A stretch of DNA of 64,000 nt from an uncultured Bacillales bacterium. Lineage in GTDB: Bacteria > Bacillota_I > Bacilli_A > RF39 > UBA660. Where the stretch lies: contig CAMKGA010000001.1 in assembly GCA_946412015.1 (NCBI GenBank), positions 1,041 to 65,040 on the forward strand, given 5' to 3'. Below, in pieces: positions 9,016 through 18,083 of the stretch (positions are counted from its first letter, which is position 1; every line of letters starts with the position of its first letter). The notes below the pieces were generated by a model. That model was not told the DNA's origin. It made no database searches and saw only the letters and a program-made list of their open reading frames with translations. Made by a program: the position numbers and the translations under genes.

Positions 9016-9792
9016 CTAGTTTAAATATTTTTTTATATTTTCAATACCATTTTTTTCAATTCTCGATATTTGTGCTTGAGAAATTCCCAATTCCTCTGAT
9101 AATTCCATTTGAGTTTTTCCAATCATGTATCTTTGTTTAATTATATATTTCTCTCTTTCTTTCAAATTATTAATTGCATCTTTAATAGTAATATTTATAT
9201 CTATATTATTCATATCACTCTTTTTGTCTTCCAATTGATCAGATAAAAAAAGTGTATCTCCTCCATCACTATATATTGGTTCAAAAATACTAACTGTATC
9301 ATGTAAACTTTCTAGGGCATTACACACCTCATATTCGCTTAAATCTAATTTTTCAGCAATTATTTTAACAGTTGGTTCTTTATTGTACTTGTTAGTTAAT
9401 TCTTCTTTAATCTTTAAAGCTTTATATGCAATATCTTTTATACTTCGTGCTATTCTAACACTGTTGTTATCTCTTATATATCTTTTTATCTCCCCCAATA
9501 TCATTGGTACTGCATATGTTGAAAACTTGACTTCATGGTCCAAATCAAAATTATCTATTGCTTTTATAAGTCCAATACAACCAATTTGAAATAAATCATC
9601 CATATTATCTATTCTATTACTATATTTTTTTAAAATGGATAATACAAGTTTTAAATTACAATTTATAAGAGTTTCTTTTGCTTTTAAGTCCCCACTTTTA
9701 TATTTTTTAAATAAATTAACCATTTCATCTGTTGATAATACTTTAATATTCGCAGTATTCACGCCACATATTTCAACTTTATGACGTGCCAT
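9016..9792 (-). CDS. sigG: Sporulation sigma factor SigG
   Basis: From MARHKVEICGVNTANIKVL... the protein is collinear with B. subtilis SigG (KVEICGV N-terminus, DDLFQIGCIGLIKAIDNFD, KFSTYAVPMILGEIKRYIRD, GISQAQISRIEK). RBS GAAAGGAGA lies before ATG 9792. The track ORF starts further upstream at 9843. Confidence 0.85.
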   Translation of the reverse strand: MARHKVEICGVNTANIKVLSTDEMVNLFKKYKSGDLKAKETLINCNLKLVLSILKKYSNRIDNMDDLFQIGCIGLIKAIDNFDLDHEVKFSTYAVPMILGEIKRYIRDNNSVRIARSIKDIAYKALKIKEELTNKYNKEPTVKIIAEKLDLSEYEVCNALESLHDTVSIFEPIYSDGGDTLFLSDQLEDKKSDMNNIDINITIKDAINNLKEREKYIIKQRYMIGKTQMELSEELGISQAQISRIEKNGIENIKKYLN

Positions 9793-9849
9793 AAAAAATC
9801 TCCTTTCATATATTTTTGATACGAAAAGAGATTTTTTATTCATATTATT

Positions 9850-10389
9850 TTATTTTACTATTTTTTTTGAATCATCAAGTATATTATCATTGATATAATT
9901 TAATGTAGCACCTAAATATTTAGCAATATATGTAATTCTTTTTTTATCATATTTTTTATCATCTTTTAAATTAATAGCATTACTAGGAGTTGTATTATAC
10001 GCTTCCCATTTCGCTTTTTCAGGCATAATAGTAATTTTATCAATTCTTGATTTTCCAGGTGATATTACATCTTCAATTTCAATGACAATTTTTTCTCCTA
10101 GATAATAATATATTGTTATCCCCTTACCTTGCGATACAATACTTGAGCCATTCATTTCTATTTTATTTAATATATTGGCAAGTCTTGATATTTTATAAAG
10201 AGGAATATCTTTACCATCTATAAAATCTGCTATTGTTGCAGCTACTGAATAATTATAATTAGAATTTTGGATGTATCGATATCTTTCATATATACCTTGT
10301 TCTGCTTTCTTATTTAAATCGCTGATAATTTGTTCACTGTTTTGATTACTATAATCATTGTATTCATCGAAATCATTAATCATTTTCAT
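9850..10389 (-). CDS. Hypothetical protein (ORFan) immediately upstream of sigG
   Basis: 179-aa ORF with a strong RBS (AGGAGGA). No recognisable motif. Confidence 0.5.
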   Translation of the reverse strand: MKMINDFDEYNDYSNQNSEQIISDLNKKAEQGIYERYRYIQNSNYNYSVAATIADFIDGKDIPLYKISRLANILNKIEMNGSSIVSQGKGITIYYYLGEKIVIEIEDVISPGKSRIDKITIMPEKAKWEAYNTTPSNAINLKDDKKYDKKRITYIAKYLGATLNYINDNILDDSKKIVK

Positions 10390-10496
10390 AATTCCTCCTA
10401 TTTTCTATATTATAACATTTTTATAAAATGTAATCAACATTAACTTTATTGTTGAATTTATTATTAAAATAGTTTAATATGTATCTGAGGGATAAA

Positions 10497-11273
10497 ATGA
10501 ATGAAAATAATTTAATTGAATACTATAATAAATTTAATGAAGATAAAAGATTTAATTCAAGACACGGTAAAATTGAATATATTACTTCGTTAAAATATAT
10601 TTATAAATATTTAAATAAAATGGAGAATCCAAAAATACTTGATATTGGTGCAGGAACTGGAAAATACTCTATTAAACTTGCAGACGATGGATACGATGTT
10701 ACTGCATTAGAACTTGTTAAGCATAATTTAAGAGTAATTGAAAAAAATAGCGCAAAAGTAAAAACATATTTAGGTAACGCAATAGATTTATCTGTCTTTA
10801 ATGATAATTCTTTTGATCTAGTACTACTATTTGGTCCTATGTATCACTTAATTAGTGATAATGATAAAATTAAAGCACTAAACGAGGCTAAAAGGGTTGT
10901 AAAAAAAGATGGAATAATAATGGTTGCATATATAATGAATGAATATGCTATCTTAACATATGGATTTAAAGAGAATAATATTAAAAAGTCTATAGATAAT
11001 AAGTTAGTTGATAGCAATTTTCATATAATACCCAAAGAAAAAGATTTATATAGTTATGTAAGACTTAAAGATATTAATCGATATAATAAAATAGTTAATC
11101 TAAAAAGAATTAAAATTTTAACTCCTGATGGCCCTGCAAACTATATTAGACCAATTTTAAATAAAATGGATGATGAAACATTTGACTTATTTATAAAATA
11201 TCATTTAAAAACTTGTGAGAATAAAGAATTACTAGGTGCTGCAGCACATATTTTAGATATATTAAAAAAATAA
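10497..11273 (+). CDS. Class I SAM-dependent methyltransferase
   Basis: Motif I ILDIGAGTGKYS and post-I DVTALELV. RBS GAGGGA lies 5 nt before ATG 10497. The track ORF starts at 10479. Confidence 0.8.
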   Translation: MNENNLIEYYNKFNEDKRFNSRHGKIEYITSLKYIYKYLNKMENPKILDIGAGTGKYSIKLADDGYDVTALELVKHNLRVIEKNSAKVKTYLGNAIDLSVFNDNSFDLVLLFGPMYHLISDNDKIKALNEAKRVVKKDGIIMVAYIMNEYAILTYGFKENNIKKSIDNKLVDSNFHIIPKEKDLYSYVRLKDINRYNKIVNLKRIKILTPDGPANYIRPILNKMDDETFDLFIKYHLKTCENKELLGAAAHILDILKK

Positions 11274-11297
11274 AACAATACAACTATGTATTGTTTT
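11272..11297. terminator. Bidirectional hairpin terminator between the methyltransferase gene and ftsZ
   Basis: AAAACAATACA-acta-TGTATTGTTTT. A and T runs on both sides. It overlaps both stop codons. Confidence 0.65.
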
Positions 11298-12451
11298 TAA
11301 AAACTACCTCTTTTTCTTAAAAATGAAGGAATAATATCATCGTCATCATCGTCATCATCATCATCATCTACAACACTAGTAGAATTATATGATGGAACAG
11401 TTTGTCTAGCCATTTCTCTTGAAGGCATCATATCTTGTACTACTTTTCTTTCGGTTTCTTTTTCTTGATTTGATGCATTATAAGAATGATATAAAGGTTC
11501 CTTTTTATCTTCAAAACCTGTTGCAATTACAGTAACAATTATTTCATCATTTAAATTTTCATTGATTACTGCTCCAAATATTGTATTAATATCTGTATTA
11601 GCACTAGATCTAATTACTTCAGCAGCTTCTTCAACTTCAAAAAGCGTTAAATTATTTCCACCGGTAACATTAATAATTGCATCAGTTGCACCACTTATAC
11701 TAGTTTCAAGTAATGGGGATGCTACAGCTTGTCTTGCAGCTTCTGTTGCTCTATTTTCACCAACACCAATTCCGATACCAATTAAAGCACTTCCACGTTT
11801 TTCCATAACAGTCTTTACATCAGCAAAGTCAAGGTTAATAAGACCAGCAACTGCAATTAAATCAGAAATAGATTGTACTCCACGTCTTAAAACATTATCT
11901 ACTTCTTTAAACGATTCTAAAAGAGGCGTTGATTTGTCAATTATTTCTCTTAATTTATCATTTGGTATTACAATTAAAGTATCTACATTTTTCTTTAGTT
12001 CTTCAATTCCTACTAGAGCTTGTTCCATACGCTTTTTACCCTCAAATGAGAAAGGCTTAGTAACAATTCCAACAGTAAGAGCACCTAATTCTTGAGCTAT
12101 TTGTGCAATTACTGGTGCAGCACCTGTTCCAGTTCCTCCACCCATTCCACAAGTTATAAATACCATATCAGCTCCACGCAATGATTCTTCTATTTCTTTT
12201 TTACTTTCTAAAGCAGCTTCTCTTCCTATTTCAGGCTTTGCACCAGCACCACGTCCTCCAGTAAGAGTCTGACCAATTTGTATTTTAGTAGGAGCCTTAG
12301 AACAATTTAATACTTGTAAGTCTGTATTAGCAACTATAAACTCTACTCCTTTAACTCCTGTTTCAATCATTCGATTAACGGCGTTTCCACCACCACCACC
12401 GATTCCTATAACTTTTATTTTAGCAATTTGATCCATTTCTAATCCAAACAT
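11297..12451 (-). CDS. ftsZ: Cell division GTPase FtsZ
   Basis: [19 protein letters not shown], tubulin signature [13 protein letters not shown], and a C-terminal peptide [10 protein letters not shown] preceded by an 11-Asp linker. Confidence 0.95.
   Translation of the reverse strand: MFGLEMDQIAKIKVIGIGGGGGNAVNRMIETGVKGVEFIVANTDLQVLNCSKAPTKIQIGQTLTGGRGAGAKPEIGREAALESKKEIEESLRGADMVFITCGMGGGTGTGAAPVIAQIAQELGALTVGIVTKPFSFEGKKRMEQALVGIEELKKNVDTLIVIPNDKLREIIDKSTPLLESFKEVDNVLRRGVQSISDLIAVAGLINLDFADVKTVMEKRGSALIGIGIGVGENRATEAARQAVASPLLETSISGATDAIINVTGGNNLTLFEVEEAAEVIRSSANTDINTIFGAVINENLNDEIIVTVIATGFEDKKEPLYHSYNASNQEKETERKVVQDMMPSREMARQTVPSYNSTSVVDDDDDDDDDDDIIPSFLRKRGSF
11336..11368 (-). repeat. GAT/GAC codon run encoding Asp x11 in the FtsZ linker
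   Basis: Plus strand atc atc gtc atc atc gtc atc atc atc atc atc, in frame. Confidence 0.9.
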
Positions 12452-12465
12452 AATTTTAATCCTTT

Positions 12466-13695
12466 CTAATCGTTAAAAAAATATCCAAATATTTTATTCA
12501 ACGCTGAATCTGGTGTACTGCGAGTATATGAATCGACGCTAGATTCACCATCATCTATCATTGTATAATCTTGTCCTTTTAATTTTAATTTACTTATAAA
12601 ATATACTATATTACCTACTACAGATGAGTATTTATTATCTCTTATACCAATCATCTTAATAGAACCTATTTCTATATTTTTATCAAATATGTCATATGCA
12701 GCTTGTTCAAATGCTGTCATATTTGACATACCTCCTGTAATAATAATATAATCTATTTTTTTGCTTGTCAAGTTATTTAATTCATTTTTAGCTGAATTTA
12801 AAATATCCTTTACTCTATATTCTACAATTTCACTAATTTCTGATTGATTAATTTTTGTTTTTTCACCATTTACATTTTTGCACTCAATAAAATCACTTGA
12901 ACTTGTATTTTTCTTAGATGCAATTGCAAATTTATTTTTTAATTTTTTTGCAACCGAAATATCAACCTTATAATAATTTGCTATTTCTTGATCTACTAAT
13001 TTAGCTCCTACATTTATCATAGAACTTTTAACTATAACATTTTTACTATATAATGATAAACTTGTTATGTCTGAGCCTATGTTTATAATAGCAGATATCA
13101 AATTATCAAAGTTTTTATTTCTAAATGCATACATATCGCCAATATTATTAATTGAAATATCAACAACTTCTATATTTATCTTTTCAAGTAGTGTTAAAAC
13201 TGAATAAACATTCTTTTTAGGAACAGTTACTAATACTGCTCTTGTTGACAGTTTTTTTCCTTTACGTCCCACAGGGTTCTTTAAAACAATTTCATCATTA
13301 ATTTTAAAATCTATAGGTAACACAGTTACCATTTCGCGTCCATCTATTTTTTTTGAGGTAATTGCCTTTTCTAAAGACTTCATAACATCGTCAGGATTGA
13401 TCACATTATTTACATCTATATCAATTGAACCTTTTACTATATTATATTCTGCCATATAGCTTGGAACACTAGCAATAACTTTATCAACTTTAAATCCTAC
13501 CATTTCAGATATGCTATTAAACGCTTCTTTTATAGAATTGCACGCAAGATCAAAATCTGCGATAAGTCCTCTTTTTATTCCTTCTGATTTAACACTTGTT
13601 GCAGCAAGTAAATTAAGTTTGTTTTGATACAATTCACACACAGCTATTTTAATAGAATCAGATCCAATATCTAAACTGGCATAAATATGTTTCAT
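12466..13695 (-). CDS. ftsA: Cell division protein FtsA
   Basis: 409 aa, actin-like fold: [11 protein letters not shown] phosphate-1 motif and IITGGMSNM. It lies immediately upstream of ftsZ. RBS AGGAG. Confidence 0.9.
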   Translation of the reverse strand: MKHIYASLDIGSDSIKIAVCELYQNKLNLLAATSVKSEGIKRGLIADFDLACNSIKEAFNSISEMVGFKVDKVIASVPSYMAEYNIVKGSIDIDVNNVINPDDVMKSLEKAITSKKIDGREMVTVLPIDFKINDEIVLKNPVGRKGKKLSTRAVLVTVPKKNVYSVLTLLEKINIEVVDISINNIGDMYAFRNKNFDNLISAIINIGSDITSLSLYSKNVIVKSSMINVGAKLVDQEIANYYKVDISVAKKLKNKFAIASKKNTSSSDFIECKNVNGEKTKINQSEISEIVEYRVKDILNSAKNELNNLTSKKIDYIIITGGMSNMTAFEQAAYDIFDKNIEIGSIKMIGIRDNKYSSVVGNIVYFISKLKLKGQDYTMIDDGESSVDSYTRSTPDSALNKIFGYFFND

Positions 13696-13722
13696 TTAAT
13701 CAACTCCTATGCTACATATTTA

Positions 13723-13751
13723 ATTATACAATATTTTTTAAGAAATGTAAA
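13723..13751 (-). promoter_or_regulatory. Consensus sigma-A promoter for ftsA-ftsZ
   Basis: Minus strand TTTACA-N17-TATAAT, about 28 nt upstream of the ftsA ATG. Confidence 0.6.
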
Positions 13752-13776
13752 AGAAAAATTAGCCATTTTGACTAAT
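13749..13776 (-). terminator. Weak intrinsic terminator after the prepilin-like gene
   Basis: Minus-strand stem AUUAGUC/GGCUAAU (one G-U pair), 5-nt loop, then UUUUCUUUU. The U tract overlaps the ftsA -35 box. Confidence 0.4.
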
Positions 13777-13819
13777 TTCCATAAATTTCTAATAAATTTC
13801 ACTCAAATACCACTTCTAA

Positions 13820-15322
13820 TTACCCGTATAAGAACTCTCCTGTACCTTGATTGTAGTAACATTGCTTTTCAACATTATCGAATAAACAAGGTTTATCATT
13901 TTTATCTTTTACAGGTGTATAATCGCGTATAATATTATTTTTTTCATCTTTTATTGAAACACTATATATTCTCATTTTACAAAACGCTTCATAGTTATTA
14001 TATGTTTTTCTAACACCAATGTGAAATGGCAAGCTAGAAGTAAATATTTGATTATTTACTTCCGCAACTTTTTCTGAATCAATGTAAGCACCGTTTTTAG
14101 ATAATGTAAATAGATGTTTGTTATAATCTGCATTAATATTTGTTACAATCGATTGATTTCCAAATCTAAAAAACCATTTTTCTAAGTGAATTCCAGCTGA
14201 AAAATCAATTGATTGAGTAGTATCATATGCTCCACTTATTTGAAAATCGTTTGATAAATACTTTGCACTAATTTCAAGAACATTATTGTTATTCATACTA
14301 ACACCTGTATCAATATATTGTGTTCCTGTACTTTCAATATAATTTATTTTTTTATAATTATCCTCGTTTTCTGAATATATAAAATCTCCTTCGCCTTGAT
14401 TATAGTAGCACTTTTTCTCAACTCTATCAAACAAACAAGGTTTATCATTTTTATCTATCACAGGAATATAATCACGTATAAAAGCATCTTTTTCATCTTT
14501 TATTGAAGCGCTATATATTCTCATTTTACAAAACGCTTCGTATTTATTATCTATTTTTCTAACACCAATGTGAAATGGCAAACTAGAAGTAAATATTTGA
14601 TTATTTACTTCCGCAACTTTTTCTGAATCAATGTAAGCACCGTTTTTAGATAATGTAAATAGATGTTTGTTATAATCTGCATTAATATTTGTTACAATCG
14701 ATTGATTTCCAAATCTAAAAAACCATTTTTCTAAGTGAATTCCAGCTGAAAAATCAATTGATTGAGTAGTATCATATGCTCCACTTATTTGAAAATCGTT
14801 TGATAAATACTTTGCACTAATTTCAAGAACATTATTGTTATTCATACTAACACCTGTATCAATATATTGCGTTCCTGTACTCTCTAAATATTCAACCCCA
14901 GTATATCCATTACCAGCAGAATCACAATAATCAGACTCACATGGTGGAATATACACCACTTCACATTCCTTCTTATCCACTACCTCATACTTAAAGCCTT
15001 TATTATAAGTTATTTTAACACTCTTACTATTAGTAATATCTAAATCATCAGTGACATTCTTAACAGGACTATCTAAGTAATCTTTCTTAGTTAATGTAGT
15101 AAGTGGCAGGCAATATGTATTATTATCAACTTTATCAAACATATCATGATTATCATTAACATAGTTTTTAGCGGCTGTTATAATTAAATTATTAGTTGTA
15201 GTATCTACATCTTTTTTCTTATTTTTAAGTGATGTTGCAATCTTAGGAATAACTAATATAAATATTAATCCCATTATAGTTACAACAGCAAGTATTTCAA
15301 TTAATGTAAACCCTTTTTTCAT
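13820..15322 (-). CDS. Prepilin-type (class III signal) protein with a tandemly duplicated 183-aa C-terminal module
   Basis: MKKGFTLIEILAVVTIMGLIFILVIP shows Gly-1/Phe+1/Glu+5 and a hydrophobic helix. RBS GAGGGA lies directly after the divIB stop. Two modules each start Y(L/I)ESTGTQYIDTG. The track ORF starts further upstream at 15364. Confidence 0.7.
   Translation of the reverse strand: MKKGFTLIEILAVVTIMGLIFILVIPKIATSLKNKKKDVDTTTNNLIITAAKNYVNDNHDMFDKVDNNTYCLPLTTLTKKDYLDSPVKNVTDDLDITNSKSVKITYNKGFKYEVVDKKECEVVYIPPCESDYCDSAGNGYTGVEYLESTGTQYIDTGVSMNNNNVLEISAKYLSNDFQISGAYDTTQSIDFSAGIHLEKWFFRFGNQSIVTNINADYNKHLFTLSKNGAYIDSEKVAEVNNQIFTSSLPFHIGVRKIDNKYEAFCKMRIYSASIKDEKDAFIRDYIPVIDKNDKPCLFDRVEKKCYYNQGEGDFIYSENEDNYKKINYIESTGTQYIDTGVSMNNNNVLEISAKYLSNDFQISGAYDTTQSIDFSAGIHLEKWFFRFGNQSIVTNINADYNKHLFTLSKNGAYIDSEKVAEVNNQIFTSSLPFHIGVRKTYNNYEAFCKMRIYSVSIKDEKNNIIRDYTPVKDKNDKPCLFDNVEKQCYYNQGTGEFLYG
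13823..14890 (-). repeat. Tandem in-frame duplication, period 549 bp, inside the prepilin-like gene
   Basis: Copy A is about 13823-14341 and copy B about 14372-14890. Core 14006-14335 and core 14555-14884 are 330 nt with only 2 differences seen, both synonymous. The flanks are clearly more diverged. Confidence 0.9.
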
Positions 15323-15332
15323 ACTATCCCTC

Positions 15333-16007
15333 TTAATTCTTAAACAATTCAAAATATTCTCCACTATCTAAATAAAGAATTCCTTTTTTATCACCAAGTG
15401 TTGATACAATTTTATCATAATTATTGATTTTTTCAAATTTTAAAAGTGTTACATAAACATATATTCCATCATTCATTGTAAGCTTAAATCTCCCTTTATC
15501 TATACCATTTGAATCATATTTTATTTCAGATATTCTTTCAAGAATATCTATATTTACAATTCTCATTGATTTTACAAATTCATTAAATACATCTTCTGGA
15601 ATTTCATTTGTAACAATAGGCACTATTTTATTATCTTTAGTAGTTTTTAAATTATAAAGATAAATTTTATCTTGGTACATAAAAAGTGGATAATTTTCTT
15701 CAATATCTATATATACTTGATTAAAAAAACCTTTTTTATATACTTTTGCTTTTTTAATATATATATTTTTTTCTAAATTGTTTTTTATACTTAGGGTATT
15801 TGCATCAATTATAGTTGGATAATCACTTAATTTAGCAATACTAATTATTTCTTCATCACTTAAATAATGATTATTTTTTATATAAATATTAGAAATATGA
15901 ATATTAAAAACTATTAAAACAGATATTGCAATAAGTAATATAATACTGAAAAAAATAATAATTGATTTTTTCTTTAATTTGCGTTTCCCTTTTTTTCTTT
16001 TAGACAC
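15333..16007 (-). CDS. divIB: Cell division protein DivIB/FtsQ
   Basis: 224 aa. Basic N-terminus, one TM segment, and a POTRA-like segment (IYIKNNHYLSDEEIISIAKL...IYIKKAKVYKKGFFNQVYIDIEENYP). Positioned between murB and ftsA. Confidence 0.7.
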   Translation of the reverse strand: MSKRKKGKRKLKKKSIIIFFSIILLIAISVLIVFNIHISNIYIKNNHYLSDEEIISIAKLSDYPTIIDANTLSIKNNLEKNIYIKKAKVYKKGFFNQVYIDIEENYPLFMYQDKIYLYNLKTTKDNKIVPIVTNEIPEDVFNEFVKSMRIVNIDILERISEIKYDSNGIDKGRFKLTMNDGIYVYVTLLKFEKINNYDKIVSTLGDKKGILYLDSGEYFELFKN

Positions 16008-16015
16008 ATTATCAC

Positions 16016-16912
16016 CTATTCTACAAATTCTTGTTCAACTTTTAAATCTATATTATATTTTTCTTTTACCTTTGCTTTAATTTCTTTTATTAATTTTTTT
16101 ATGTCATCTCCACTAGCATTACCCTTATTAATAATGAAATTAGCATGTTTTAAACTTACCATAGCATCTCCTATAGAGTATCCTTTATATCCAATCTCTT
16201 CTATTAATCTTCCTGCATAATCTCCCTCAGGATTTCTAAAAACACTTCCTGCTGATGGATATTCTAATGGTTGAGATTCAATTCTTCTTTGCTTTCTATC
16301 ATTAATTACTTCCATTATTGCCTCAGTATCACCTTTTCTAAGAAGAAGCGTTGCTTCAATACATATATAATTTTTTACTTTTTGTAAAAATGAACTACGA
16401 TAATGAAAGTCTAAATCTTGATTTGTAAGTATTTGAACTTCTAAATTTGGATCTAATACTTTTACGGTTGTAGTAATATATCCCATATCCATTTTATATG
16501 CACCAGCATTCATGAATATAGCACCACCTACAGTACCAGGAATACCTGATGCAAATTCTAGTCCAGTATAACCTCTTCTAGCTGTCCTAAGAGATAATTT
16601 AGTAAGGGAATAACCCGCACCAACAGTAACATAATTATCATTAAATTCAAGTTTATTAAAATTATCTAGTTTAATTAATATACCGTTATATCCTTTGTCT
16701 GAAAAAATTAAATTTGAGCCATTTCCTAATATTTTATACTTCACTTTTTTTTCTTTTAAAAATTTAATTAAATTAATAAGGCCAGTTAAATCATCAGGAA
16801 TAACTATCGCAAGAGCTTTTCCTCCAGCTTTATACGTTGTATATTCCCTCAAATCTGCATTTTCAATTATGTCACCAATATTTAACTTTTCAATCTGTTC
16901 TATTAGTTTCAT
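16016..16912 (-). CDS. murB: UDP-N-acetylenolpyruvoylglucosamine reductase
   Basis: 298 aa. FAD-binding domain (ILGNGSNLIF) and C-terminal SAGSVFRNP motif. dcw context. Confidence 0.9.
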   Translation of the reverse strand: MKLIEQIEKLNIGDIIENADLREYTTYKAGGKALAIVIPDDLTGLINLIKFLKEKKVKYKILGNGSNLIFSDKGYNGILIKLDNFNKLEFNDNYVTVGAGYSLTKLSLRTARRGYTGLEFASGIPGTVGGAIFMNAGAYKMDMGYITTTVKVLDPNLEVQILTNQDLDFHYRSSFLQKVKNYICIEATLLLRKGDTEAIMEVINDRKQRRIESQPLEYPSAGSVFRNPEGDYAGRLIEEIGYKGYSIGDAMVSLKHANFIINKGNASGDDIKKLIKEIKAKVKEKYNIDLKVEQEFVE

Positions 16913-17997
16913 ACAATCTTCCTATCTATTAATTTTTTTATACTATCATAAATTATAGTTGCACTATCATTTACCTGCATTTTCTTTAAATTATTTTTCA
17001 TATCTAATTCAACTTTTTTATCATTTAATATCTTATTGATATTATCTTGCAAATTATCAAACGTTAAATCTTTTTCTTCTATCATGAGTGCTGCATTATT
17101 ATTAACCAAATCTATTGCATTTTTATATTGATGATTATTAGGCACAAATGGCGATGGAATTAGTATTGAAGGAATTTCTAGTGCAATTATCTCACTTAAA
17201 GTAGATGCTCCAGCACGAGTAACTAATATATCTGTATCTTTAAAAAGGCCAGCTAAATTATCAAGATATGGTAATATTTTTATATTCTTAGAGCATTTTA
17301 TATCTTTTATATCTTCGTAATTATTTTTACCAGTTATATATAAAACCTGATATTTTTTATCATTAAACTTATTTATATTTTCTTTCATAAATGTATGAAT
17401 ATTTTCTGCTCCTAAAGAACCCATTACAAAAACAATTAATTTTTTATTTTTATCTAATCCAAGAGACTCTTTGGTTATTTTTTTCATTTTTAATGCGTTC
17501 TCACTACAAGGATTTCCAGTAAATATTGTTTTATCTTTTGGAAATTGATTAATTGAAGATTTTAATGATACGCCTATTAAATCTACTATGTCTTTCATAG
17601 CTAAATTTGCTTTACCTGCAATGCTATTTTGCTCGTGAATAAATGTTTTATATCCAAGCTTATGCGCTGTAGTAATTACTGGATAAGTAATGTATCCCCC
17701 AACACCAATAACAATATCGGGATTAAAATCTTTAATTATCTTTTTTAGCTTTCTTTTACTATTAAATAAACATTTTATTGTTTTTATATTTTTAAAAATA
17801 TTTTTTCTATTAAATCCATACATCTCTATACCAATAAAAGGTATATCATATTTTGGCACAATATCTTTTTCCATACGATTATGAGTACCTATATATAAAA
17901 ACTCACTATTTGGTTCTTTTTCTTTAATTTTATTTATGATTGCTAAGGCAGGATATATATGACCTCCTGTTCCTCCAGCACTAATAATTACTTTCAT
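16909..17997 (-). CDS. murG: Lipid II synthase MurG (GT28)
   Basis: MKVIISAGGTGGHIYPALA and TRAGASTLSEI. RBS AGGAGAG is spaced for ATG 17997; the track start at 18003 is a GTG. Confidence 0.9.
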   Translation of the reverse strand: MKVIISAGGTGGHIYPALAIINKIKEKEPNSEFLYIGTHNRMEKDIVPKYDIPFIGIEMYGFNRKNIFKNIKTIKCLFNSKRKLKKIIKDFNPDIVIGVGGYITYPVITTAHKLGYKTFIHEQNSIAGKANLAMKDIVDLIGVSLKSSINQFPKDKTIFTGNPCSENALKMKKITKESLGLDKNKKLIVFVMGSLGAENIHTFMKENINKFNDKKYQVLYITGKNNYEDIKDIKCSKNIKILPYLDNLAGLFKDTDILVTRAGASTLSEIIALEIPSILIPSPFVPNNHQYKNAIDLVNNNAALMIEEKDLTFDNLQDNINKILNDKKVELDMKNNLKKMQVNDSATIIYDSIKKLIDRKIV

Positions 17998-18053
17998 ATG
18001 CACTCTCCTAATTAATTATATCATGTTTTCATACATTTTTTACAGTAAAATTT

Positions 18054-18079
18054 AAAGAAAAAACTAGTAAAACTAGTTC
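18054..18079 (-). terminator. Rho-independent terminator after mutL
   Basis: Minus strand AACTAGT-ttt-ACTAGTT followed by TTTTTCTTT. Confidence 0.65.
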
Positions 18080-18083
18080 CTAA

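Noticed and set aside
9793-9849. A forespore-type (sigma-F/sigma-G) promoter directly upstream of sigG
   Set aside because: The best candidate is GAATA-N18-CAAAAATA, which only loosely fits the GHATR / CATNNTA consensus. That is not good enough to call without comparative or transcript data.
11562-12095. 177-aa plus-strand ORF antisense to ftsZ
   Set aside because: It lies entirely within the highly conserved ftsZ coding region on the opposite strand. Its Ser/Thr/Ile-rich translation is the mirror of Gly/Ala/Val/Asp codons. It has no RBS and no motif. This is a classic antisense artefact.
13823-14890. Possibility that the long direct repeats (here and at 58626-59978) are a CRISPR array or non-coding satellite
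   Set aside because: The periods (549 and 453 bp) are multiples of three, and the repeats lie in continuous ORFs with intact frames. There are no short repeat-spacer units and no cas genes.
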